A stretch of 64,000 bases of DNA from Angustibacter luteus (GTDB taxonomy: Bacteria > Actinomycetota > Actinomycetes > Actinomycetales > Angustibacteraceae): assembly GCF_039541115.1 (NCBI RefSeq), contig NZ_BAABFP010000005.1, positions 930,001 to 994,000 of the forward strand, given 5' to 3'. The notes beneath the pieces are model-generated. The model worked only from the letters and a program-made list of their open reading frames with translations, was not told the DNA's origin and made no database searches. Every line of letters starts with the position of its first letter. Position 1 is the stretch's first letter. This document shows positions 56,546 through 64,000 of the stretch, piece by piece. The position numbers were made by a program, and so were the translations under genes.

Positions 56546-57266
56546 CCAGCCGACGATCCTGGCGACCTCGGGCGGGTACGTCCCGGCCCATCGGCACCGG
56601 CTGGACTTCGCGCCGCTCGTGCAGCACGCGGTGGAGCTCTCCGGCACGACGGGCCGGCCGCGGGTCTGCCACATCGGCACGGCCATCGGCGACCAGCGTT
56701 CGTTCAATGCCGAGCTGGACGAGGCCGCGCGCACGGCGGGCTACGACTTCTCGCACCTCTCGCTGTTCCCCATGCCGAGCGTCGAGGACGTCGAGGGGCA
56801 CCTGCTGGCGCAGGACGTGGTGTGGGTGAACGGCGGGTCGGTGGCGAACCTGCTCGCGGTCTGGCGGGTGCACGAGCTCGACGAGGTGCTGCGCCGGGTC
56901 TGGGCGGCCCGCGTGGTGCTGGCCGGGGTCTCTGCGGGCTCGATCTGCTGGTACGTCGGCGGGACGACGGACTCGTTCGGGCCGGAGCTGCGCGCGGTCA
57001 CGAACGGGCTGGGTCTGCTGCCCTACGGCAACGGCGTGCACTACGACAGCGAGGCGCGCCGGCGTCCGCTGGTGCACCGGTTGGTGGCCGACGGCACGCT
57101 GCCGGTCACCCACTGCACGGACGACGGGGTCGGCCTGGTCTACCGGGGCACCGAGCTGGTCGAGGCCGTGACGGAGCAGCGTGGCAAGGGGGCCTACGTC
57201 GTGCGCCGCGAGGCCGGTGCAGCCGTGGAGGAGCGGATCGAGCCCCGGGTGCTGCCCGGCGTCTGA
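56535..57266 (+). CDS. Peptidase E (S51 family)
   Basis: TAIGD, WVNGGS, GVSAGSICW nucleophile elbow, VHYDSE. Confidence 0.85.
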   Translation: MPADQPTILATSGGYVPAHRHRLDFAPLVQHAVELSGTTGRPRVCHIGTAIGDQRSFNAELDEAARTAGYDFSHLSLFPMPSVEDVEGHLLAQDVVWVNGGSVANLLAVWRVHELDEVLRRVWAARVVLAGVSAGSICWYVGGTTDSFGPELRAVTNGLGLLPYGNGVHYDSEARRRPLVHRLVADGTLPVTHCTDDGVGLVYRGTELVEAVTEQRGKGAYVVRREAGAAVEERIEPRVLPGV

Positions 57267-57269
57267 CCC

Positions 57270-57309
57270 TTGCGCGACGCCATTGGTCACCCTAGAGTAA
57301 CGGTTACTC
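57270..57309 (+). promoter_or_regulatory. Promoter with overlapping palindromic operator of the ArsR gene
   Basis: TTGCGC-N17-TAGAGT overlapped by the inverted repeat GAGTAAC-G-GTTACTC (57295-57309), directly before ATG. Confidence 0.7.
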
Positions 57310-57627
57310 ATGAGCGACCAAACGGCTGCCCTCGCCCTCGACGCCCTCGGTGACCCGATGCGTCGACAGGTGCTCGTCGTCCTGCGCGAGGGGGCGCTGC
57401 CGGTGGGCGAGCTCGCCGACCGGCTGCCCATCGGGCGGCCGGCCGTCAGCAAGCACCTGAAGGTGCTGGAGGGCGCCGGCCTGGTGGAGCACCGCTCCGC
57501 CGGCACCCGCAACCTCTACGCCCTCGCCCCCGACGGGCTGGCGCCCGTCCAGCAGTGGCTGGTCGGGTTGTGGGACAACGCCTTGGCCGCCTTCGCCGCC
57601 CACCTCGAGCAAGGAGACCGCCCATGA
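57310..57627 (+). CDS. ArsR/SmtB family transcriptional regulator
   Basis: ALGDPMRR, VGELA, PAVSKHLKVLEGAGLV. Confidence 0.9.
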   Translation: MSDQTAALALDALGDPMRRQVLVVLREGALPVGELADRLPIGRPAVSKHLKVLEGAGLVEHRSAGTRNLYALAPDGLAPVQQWLVGLWDNALAAFAAHLEQGDRP

Positions 57628-58370
57628 CCCTGGCCCCCGTGGTCCGCGAGCTGCGGGTCGCCGTCGACCCCGCTACCGCCTACGCCGTGTTCACCGCACA
57701 CCTGGGCGGGTGGTGGCCGCTCGGCGGGTTCAGCGTGCACGGCGCGACGTCGTCCGTGGCGTTCGAGGGCGACGCCGTCGTCGAGCGGGCCGCCGACGGC
57801 CAGGTGAGTGTCTGGGCGGAGGTCCTCGAGCGGCGCGAGCCCGAGCTGCTGCGGCTGGCCTGGCACCCGGGCGCCGGGCCCGACCGGGCCACCGAGGTCG
57901 AGGTAACGTTCAGCCCGGACGACGAGGGGACGCTGGTCCGGCTGGTGCACTCGGGGTGGGAGCGGTTGGCCGATCCGCAGTCCGGCCGGGACAGCTACGC
58001 GGGCGGTTGGGTCGCCGTCCTGCTCCCGTTCGGTCGCCACCTGGGGATCCCGCCGGACCACGAGGACACCCGCTGGTTCGCGCTGCAGCACCTGCCGGGT
58101 CGGCTCGCTCCTAGCGACGGGCCGTTGATGCAGCACCCGCTCTTCGCCGAGCACGTGGCGTTCCTCGGCCGGCTGGCCGCCGACGGGCTGCTCGTGGCGG
58201 CCGGCCCCCTGACCGATGAGGCGGGCGCCGGCATGACCGTCATCCGGGTCCGGCCCGAGGACGGTGACGTGGACGTCGAGCGGCTGGCGACGCAGGACGA
58301 CCGGTCCGTCGCGGGCGGTCTGCTCACCGTGCGGGTGCGCCCCTGGCGGGTCCAGCTCTCCGCCCTCTGA
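57624..58370 (+). CDS. SRPBCC (Aha1-like) domain fused to a YCII-like domain
   Basis: GWWP, TEVEVTF, LVHSGWE, Y.GGW, then EHVAFL...AAGPL; AAGGAG SD; ATGA overlap. Confidence 0.78.
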   Translation: MTLAPVVRELRVAVDPATAYAVFTAHLGGWWPLGGFSVHGATSSVAFEGDAVVERAADGQVSVWAEVLERREPELLRLAWHPGAGPDRATEVEVTFSPDDEGTLVRLVHSGWERLADPQSGRDSYAGGWVAVLLPFGRHLGIPPDHEDTRWFALQHLPGRLAPSDGPLMQHPLFAEHVAFLGRLAADGLLVAAGPLTDEAGAGMTVIRVRPEDGDVDVERLATQDDRSVAGGLLTVRVRPWRVQLSAL

Positions 58371-58407
58371 CGCTCCCACCCTCCCTGACGTGGGACGCGC
58401 AGCCCCT

Positions 58408-59427
58408 TCAGAGGGGGACGACACGGTGCTGGGCAGCGCTGACCCGCGCGGCATCCAGCACATCGAGCACGTGGACGGCGTCGTGCGGGTCGACCGGCAT
58501 CGGGCTGCCCGTGGTCACTGCCTCGGCGACGGCCCGGTAGAAGTCCACGGCACTGCCCGGTGCCCGCGGCACGGCACGGCGCTCGTCGCCGGCGACCACC
58601 CACCCGCAGTGCTCGTCATCCGGGTCCGCGAAGTCGGCGAACGCGGTGGCCTCGGCCTCGAAGTCGGTCACCACGTAGCTACCCGCCCGGCCCAGCACCC
58701 GGGTGCGCGGCCCGGGCGCACCGGCCACGGAGAGCGCGCCCAGGTGGCTGCGCACCCCGCTCTCGTGCTCCAGCGCCAGGAACGCGTCGTCCTCGCTGGG
58801 GGTGGTGTGCGCCGCCAGCTCGGCGTAGACCCGGCGTACGCGCCCGAACAGCTGGACGGCCGAGTCCACGAGGTGGCTGTGCAGGTCGAGCAGCAGCCCT
58901 CCCCCGTCGGCTGCCGTGGCGTTCTCCCGCCAGCGGTCCTTCGGCTCGGGCCGCCAGCGCTCCCACCGGCGCTCGAACCGGAACACCTCGCCCAGCTCAC
59001 CGTCCGCGAGCAGCCGTCGCAGGGTGAGCTGCTCCGCGTCCCAGCGCCGGTTCTGGAACACGGTCAGCGGGACGCCGAGGTCGTCCGCGCACTGGGTCAC
59101 GCGGGCGGCCTGGTCGCCGTCCACGCCCAGCGGCTTGTCCACCACGACCGGCACCCCGGCCTGCAGCCCGGCGATGGCCTGCTCGGCGTGCACACCGCTG
59201 GGACTGGCCAGCACCAGCACGTCCAGCCGGCCCGGCTCGGCCAGCAACGCCGCGATCGACGACAGGCAGACCGCGTCGGGCCACTCCCGCTCCACGTCGG
59301 CCCGTCGGCCGGCGTCCGACGTGACCACCCGGACGACGTCCAGGCCGGCCGCTCGCAGCAGTGGGGTGTGGATCCCGGCCCCGGCTGAGCCGAACCCGAC
59401 GAGCCCGACGCGCGCGCGCCCGCTCAC
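58408..59427 (-). CDS. Gfo/Idh/MocA family oxidoreductase
   Basis: GLVGFG, VVVDKP, FQNRRWD, GGLLLDLHSHLVD. Confidence 0.9.
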   Translation of the reverse strand: MSGRARVGLVGFGSAGAGIHTPLLRAAGLDVVRVVTSDAGRRADVEREWPDAVCLSSIAALLAEPGRLDVLVLASPSGVHAEQAIAGLQAGVPVVVDKPLGVDGDQAARVTQCADDLGVPLTVFQNRRWDAEQLTLRRLLADGELGEVFRFERRWERWRPEPKDRWRENATAADGGGLLLDLHSHLVDSAVQLFGRVRRVYAELAAHTTPSEDDAFLALEHESGVRSHLGALSVAGAPGPRTRVLGRAGSYVVTDFEAEATAFADFADPDDEHCGWVVAGDERRAVPRAPGSAVDFYRAVAEAVTTGSPMPVDPHDAVHVLDVLDAARVSAAQHRVVPL

Positions 59428-61934
59428 GGGAGGGCCGCCGTCGCCGGTTCGGGCCCGGGGTTGTGGGGCTCAGGCGCACCGGGCTCAGAGCCGTCCTGGT
59501 CGTCGACCTCGGCGCCGTACCTCGTCGGCCACCAGATGCGCGCGCCGACGTCGTAGCTGAGCGCGGGCACGAGCAGCGATCGCACGACGAGCGTGTCGAG
59601 CAGGACGCCGAACGCCACGATGAACGCGATCTGCTGCAGGAACAGGATCGGGATGGTCGCCAGTGCACCGAAGGTCGCCGCCAGCACGACGCCGGCACTG
59701 GTGATCACCCCGCCGGTCACCGCGAGCCCGACGAGCACGCCCGGTCGGGTGCCCCGGTGCCCGGCCTCCTCGCGCACTCGGGTCATCAGGAAGATCGAGT
59801 AGTCGATGCCGAGCGCGACCAGGAAGACGAACGCGTACAACGGGATCGACGGATCGCCGCCGGGGAAGTCGAACACGTGGTTGAACATCAGCGCGCTGAT
59901 CCCGATGGTCGCGCCGAACGACACCACGTTCGCGGCGATCAGCAGCAGCGGGGCCACCACCGCCCGCAGCAGGAGCATCAGCACGAGCAGGATCACGATG
60001 AGGATCGCCGGGATGATCACCGTCAGGTCCCGCCGGCTCGCCTCGCGCACGTCGAGGTTCACGGCGGTGTTGCCGCCCACCAGCACGTCCTGGCCGACCG
60101 CGTCGACCGCGGTGCGGAGCCGGCGGACGACGTCCTCGGCCTCGGGGCTGTCCGCCGACGGCGTCAGGGTGGCCTGCACCTCCACCTGGCCATCCACCAC
60201 CTTGGGCGGGCCGGGTGACGTCGCGGTCGCCATCGAGGTGTCGGTGAGCACCTGCGCCGACGCGACCCCCTCCACCCCGCGCACGACGTCCAGGGCCTGC
60301 TCGGTGTCGGTCTCGGCCAGGACCATGATCGCGGGACTACCCGCGCCGCCCGGGAAGTGCGCGGCCAGGACCTCCTGCCCCGCGACCGACTCCACCGGGT
60401 CGCGGAACAGGTCGGAGGTGCTGATCCCGCTCGCCTTGAGGGTGGGCGCGAAGAGGCCGGCGCAGAGCAGGACCAGCAACGTGCCGGACCAGACCGTGCG
60501 CGGGTGGCGACCGACCAGCCGGGCCACCCGACCCCAGATCCCGTTGCCCCGCATCACGTCCTCGCGGTGCACGTGGTCGACGTGCGGGGTGCGCGGCCAG
60601 AACAGCCAGCGCCCGGACGGGGCCTTGGCGTACCAGGGCAGCGGTCCGTCGTCCTCCTGCGACCGCAGGAACCGCCAGCGCTGCACGGCGAACCAGCCAC
60701 CGCCGGCCAGGACCAGCAGGACCAGCACCAGGCCGAGCCACGGCGCCACCAGGACCGCGCCGATCGCGAAGGCCGCCCCGCAGACCACGATGCCCAGGAT
60801 GATCAGCGGGACCAGCAGCAGCACTGGCAGCAGGGTCAGCGCGGCCAGCAGCGCGCCCGCGATGCCGAGGGCGCCCACGGGGCCGAGGCCACGGGTCGAG
60901 CCGAGCTCGCTGAGCAGCAGGCAGAGCAGGCCGAGGATGACGGTCGCGGCACTGGCCGCGATCGGCTCGACCGAGCCCCGCCAGGCGCGGCGCATCGCCA
61001 CGTACTTGTTCTCGTGGTCGTGCAGCTCCTCGCGGTAGCGCGAGACCAGGAGCAGCGAGTAGTCCGTCGCGGCGCCGATCACCAGGATCGACAGGATCCC
61101 CTGGCTCTGGCCGTCGAGCGTGATGGTGCCGTGCTTGGCGAGCGGGAAGATCACCAGGGCGGCGGCGGACAGGCCGAACGCCGACGTCATCAGGGCGGCC
61201 AGCGGGAGCAGCGGGCTGCGGTAGACCAGCAGCAGGATGATGAAGACGGCCGTCAGGCTGACCCCGAGCAGCTTGCCGTCGATCCCACCGAACGCCGTCA
61301 CCAGGTCGGCGGTGAACCCGGCCGGCCCCGTGACGTAGGCCTTCAGGCCCGTCGACTCCAGGTCGCTGGCGGCGGCCCCGCGGATCGCCTCGACCGACTG
61401 GCCGACCACGCTCTCGCCGTCCGGCAGCGAGTCGCCCGCCTTGTCGCCGTCCAGGGCGATCGGGACCAGGAGCGCCTTCCCGTCCTCGCTGGGCACGACC
61501 GGCACCGGCCCCGGGGCCAGGAAGTCCTCGAGCGTGTAGGTGCGGCCGGCAGCGGACGCCGGGTCGACCGGGATCGCGACGGACGGCAGGTCCTCGGTGA
61601 ACGCGGTGACCTGCGTCTTGTCCTCGGCGGTGATCCCGCTGGCCCGCTCGAGCACCAGGAAGGCCGGGAAGGTCGAGCTGTCGGAGAACTTCTCCGCCTG
61701 CGCGGCCAGCTTGGTGGACTCGGCGGACTTGGGCAGGAAGTTGGCGTTGTCGTTCTCCTGCACCTCCGACAGCCGCCCGACCAGCGGACCACCCACGCTG
61801 GCCACGCCGAGCCAAGCGGCTGCGATGAGCGCCAGGCCGACGGCGCGCAGCACGGCCCGGCGCCGCGTGGCACGACGGCGCGCGGCGCGACCACGGGCTG
61901 CCCGGCCACCCGTGTCCGGTCCCCCAGTACTCAC
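59424..61934 (-). CDS. MMPL (RND superfamily) transporter
   Basis: VTGPAG, GAATDYSLLLVSRYREE, ALGIDYSIFLMTRVREE, TGGVITSAG, DTLVVRSLLVPA. Confidence 0.92.
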   Translation of the reverse strand: MSTGGPDTGGRAARGRAARRRATRRRAVLRAVGLALIAAAWLGVASVGGPLVGRLSEVQENDNANFLPKSAESTKLAAQAEKFSDSSTFPAFLVLERASGITAEDKTQVTAFTEDLPSVAIPVDPASAAGRTYTLEDFLAPGPVPVVPSEDGKALLVPIALDGDKAGDSLPDGESVVGQSVEAIRGAAASDLESTGLKAYVTGPAGFTADLVTAFGGIDGKLLGVSLTAVFIILLLVYRSPLLPLAALMTSAFGLSAAALVIFPLAKHGTITLDGQSQGILSILVIGAATDYSLLLVSRYREELHDHENKYVAMRRAWRGSVEPIAASAATVILGLLCLLLSELGSTRGLGPVGALGIAGALLAALTLLPVLLLVPLIILGIVVCGAAFAIGAVLVAPWLGLVLVLLVLAGGGWFAVQRWRFLRSQEDDGPLPWYAKAPSGRWLFWPRTPHVDHVHREDVMRGNGIWGRVARLVGRHPRTVWSGTLLVLLCAGLFAPTLKASGISTSDLFRDPVESVAGQEVLAAHFPGGAGSPAIMVLAETDTEQALDVVRGVEGVASAQVLTDTSMATATSPGPPKVVDGQVEVQATLTPSADSPEAEDVVRRLRTAVDAVGQDVLVGGNTAVNLDVREASRRDLTVIIPAILIVILLVLMLLLRAVVAPLLLIAANVVSFGATIGISALMFNHVFDFPGGDPSIPLYAFVFLVALGIDYSIFLMTRVREEAGHRGTRPGVLVGLAVTGGVITSAGVVLAATFGALATIPILFLQQIAFIVAFGVLLDTLVVRSLLVPALSYDVGARIWWPTRYGAEVDDQDGSEPGAPEPHNPGPEPATAALP

Positions 61935-62032
61935 GGTCCCTCCCAGATCGACGCACGACGCCCCAGGACGACGACTCTAGAGTCCCCGGTGCCGGACGTC
62001 CGCCAGCTGCCCCGCTCGCGTAACCTGGGGGC

Positions 62033-62701
62033 ATGTCGTTGACCGTGGTCCACGAGGGATTCGTCCCGGACGCCGTGCCCTATCTCGACGGGTGGCAGCG
62101 CCAGCGCGAGGTGCACGCCAGCGTCGTCGCAGGCGAGTCGCCGGACACGTTGCTGCTGCTCGAGCACGAGGCGGTGTACACCGCCGGGAAGCGCACCGAG
62201 CCGCACGAGCGGCCGTTCGACAACACCCCGGTGGTGGACGTCGACCGCGGCGGCAAGATCACCTGGCACGGCCCCGGGCAGCTGGTCGGCTACCCGATCG
62301 TCCGGCTGCCCGACCCGGTGGACGTCGTCGCCCACGTACGCCGGCTGGAGGGCGCGCTGATCGCCGTGTGCGCCGACCTCGGCCTGGAGACGACCCGGAT
62401 CGACGGGCGCAGCGGCGTGTGGGTCCAGGCGGACCAGCGCGGGCCCGACCGCAAGCTCGGTGCGATCGGCATCCGGGTCTCGCAGGGCGTGACCATGCAC
62501 GGTTTCGCACTGAACTGCGACTGCGACCTGTCGTGGGCCCGGATCATCGTGCCCTGCGGCATCTCGGACGCGGCCGTCACCTCGCTCAGCATCGAGCTGG
62601 GGCGGGACGTGAGCGTCGCCGAGGTGCTACCGCTGGTCGAGCGCCGGGTCGTCGAGACGCTCGAGCAGGTCAGCCCCGGTCGTGCTCCTGCGCCTGCGTG
62701 A
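62033..62701 (+). CDS. lipB: Lipoyl(octanoyl) transferase
   Basis: [38 protein letters not shown]. Confidence 0.95.
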   Translation: MSLTVVHEGFVPDAVPYLDGWQRQREVHASVVAGESPDTLLLLEHEAVYTAGKRTEPHERPFDNTPVVDVDRGGKITWHGPGQLVGYPIVRLPDPVDVVAHVRRLEGALIAVCADLGLETTRIDGRSGVWVQADQRGPDRKLGAIGIRVSQGVTMHGFALNCDCDLSWARIIVPCGISDAAVTSLSIELGRDVSVAEVLPLVERRVVETLEQVSPGRAPAPA

Positions 62702-62828
62702 TCATCCCGAGCACCAGGCCGGCCACCAGCCCGATGGCGGAGGACACGGCCGTGGCGCGCACCAGCGGGTGCGGCTGTCGGACCTGACCGGTCGACGGGA
62801 CCTGCGACGTGACGGTGATGACAGCCAT
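62670..62828 (-). CDS. Putative 52-aa small membrane protein
   Basis: GAGGAGG SD 5 nt before ATG 62828; one hydrophobic segment ([17 protein letters not shown]). Confidence 0.5.
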   Translation of the reverse strand: MAVITVTSQVPSTGQVRQPHPLVRATAVSSAIGLVAGLVLGMITQAQEHDRG

Positions 62829-62987
62829 GGGGGCCTCCTCGGGACACTGACAGCCGTGATATCGGCTCACCGGGGGCTCGACCTGAGCGCTGGCGGTAGC
62901 ACGTTCCGGGAATGCCACGCGCCCGGCGTAGGCTGAGGGGGTTGGTCCCGTCAGGCGGCGGGACCGTCCTGCGAGGAGGAGTGGCAC

Positions 62988-63989
62988 GTGACGATCGCGC
63001 CTGAGGGACGCAAGATGCTGCGTCTGGAGGCCCGGAACGCGCAGACCCCGATCGAGAAGAAGCCGTCCTGGATCAAGACCAAGGCGAGCATGGGTCCGCA
63101 GTACACCGAGCTGAAGTCCCTGGTGAAGGGCGAGGGTCTGCACACCGTCTGCCAGGAGGCCGGCTGCCCCAACATCTTCGAGTGCTGGGAGGACCGCGAG
63201 GCCACCTTCCTGATCGGCGGCGAGCAGTGCACCCGTCGCTGCGACTTCTGCCAGATCGACACCGGCAAGCCCAGCGACCTGGACCGTGACGAGCCCCGCC
63301 GCGTCGCCGAGTCCGTCGCAACCATGGGCCTGCGCTACGCCACCATCACCGGTGTCGCCCGCGACGACCTGCCGGACGGCGGAGCCTGGCTGTACGCCGA
63401 GACCATCCGCCAGGTGCACGCGCTCAACCCCGGTACCGGTGTGGAGATCCTGATCCCGGACTTCAACGGCATCCCGGCGCAGGTCAACCAGGTCATCGAC
63501 GCCGCCCCGCAGGTCTTCGCGCACAACGTCGAGACCGTGCCGCGCATCTTCAAGCGGATCCGCCCGGCCTTCCGGTACCAGCGCTCGCTCGACGTGATCA
63601 CGATGGGCCGGGACGCCGGGCTGGTCACCAAGTCGAACCTCATCCTCGGCATGGGTGAGACCCGCGAGGAGATCAGCGAGGCGCTGCGCGACCTGCACGA
63701 GGCCGGCTGCGACCTGATCACCATCACCCAGTACCTGCGCCCGAGCCCGCGGCACCACCCGGTCGAGCGCTGGGTGAAGCCCGAGGAGTTCGTCGAGCTG
63801 TCCGACGAGGCGACCGAGCTCGGCTTCGCCGGCGTGATGGCCGGGCCGCTGGTCCGCTCGTCGTACCGGGCCGGCCGGCTCTGGGCCCAGGCCATGCAGC
63901 GCCGCGGCGACGAGCTGCCCGAGGAGCTGGCCCACCTCGCCCAGGCGGGCACCGCCTCGCAGGAGGCCGCTAGCCTGCTGGCTCGCTGA
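62988..63989 (+). CDS. lipA: Lipoyl synthase
   Basis: [12 protein letters not shown] and CTRRCDFC Fe-S motifs, RSSY; GAGGAGG SD. Confidence 0.96.
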   Translation: MTIAPEGRKMLRLEARNAQTPIEKKPSWIKTKASMGPQYTELKSLVKGEGLHTVCQEAGCPNIFECWEDREATFLIGGEQCTRRCDFCQIDTGKPSDLDRDEPRRVAESVATMGLRYATITGVARDDLPDGGAWLYAETIRQVHALNPGTGVEILIPDFNGIPAQVNQVIDAAPQVFAHNVETVPRIFKRIRPAFRYQRSLDVITMGRDAGLVTKSNLILGMGETREEISEALRDLHEAGCDLITITQYLRPSPRHHPVERWVKPEEFVELSDEATELGFAGVMAGPLVRSSYRAGRLWAQAMQRRGDELPEELAHLAQAGTASQEAASLLAR

Positions 63990-64000
63990 GCAAGACCCCC

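Noticed and set aside
1..64000. CRISPR arrays, tRNA/rRNA genes, IS elements, prophage, defence systems
   Set aside because: No spaced repeats, structural RNA signatures, or transposase/integrase/phage motifs recognised by eye; a covariance-model scan was not possible.

Overview
Very GC-rich actinobacterial chromosomal segment with about 58 protein-coding genes and no rRNA, tRNA, CRISPR array or recognisable transposase/integrase. The left flank holds a partial glycerate kinase, nadA, an M20 dipeptidase, a CDF transporter, DUF3043, a coupled VOC / metallo-beta-lactamase / LanC-like trio, an aldo-keto reductase and pepN. The right flank holds gcvT, pepA, lpdA, sucB, TIGR01777, a Ser/Thr kinase, an ArsR-SRPBCC pair, MMPL, lipB and lipA. 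Between them (about 12.5-46.2 kb) is a large cobalamin (B12) supercluster with three cobalamin riboswitches. It contains a mostly aerobic-type de novo pathway (cobG, cobH, cobIJ, cobK, cobL, cobM, cobN, cobB, cobO, cobQ, cobD, cobC, cobA, a bluB-cobT fusion, a ChlI/ChlD-like chelatase subunit) that uses CbiD rather than CobF, plus cbtBA. It also has a separate riboswitch-led operon: surface protein, ECF transporter, PhnP-like metallo-hydrolase fused to CobU, CobT, CobS. Best candidates for undescribed biology: (1) this operon as a cobamide import-and-remodelling system, (2) its surface protein as a circularly permuted transcobalamin-like B12-binding domain, (3) an orphan CCG-type LanC-like enzyme coupled to glyoxalase-fold genes. 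Family assignments come from motifs recognised by eye, not database searches, and many start codons were re-picked from the ORF track.
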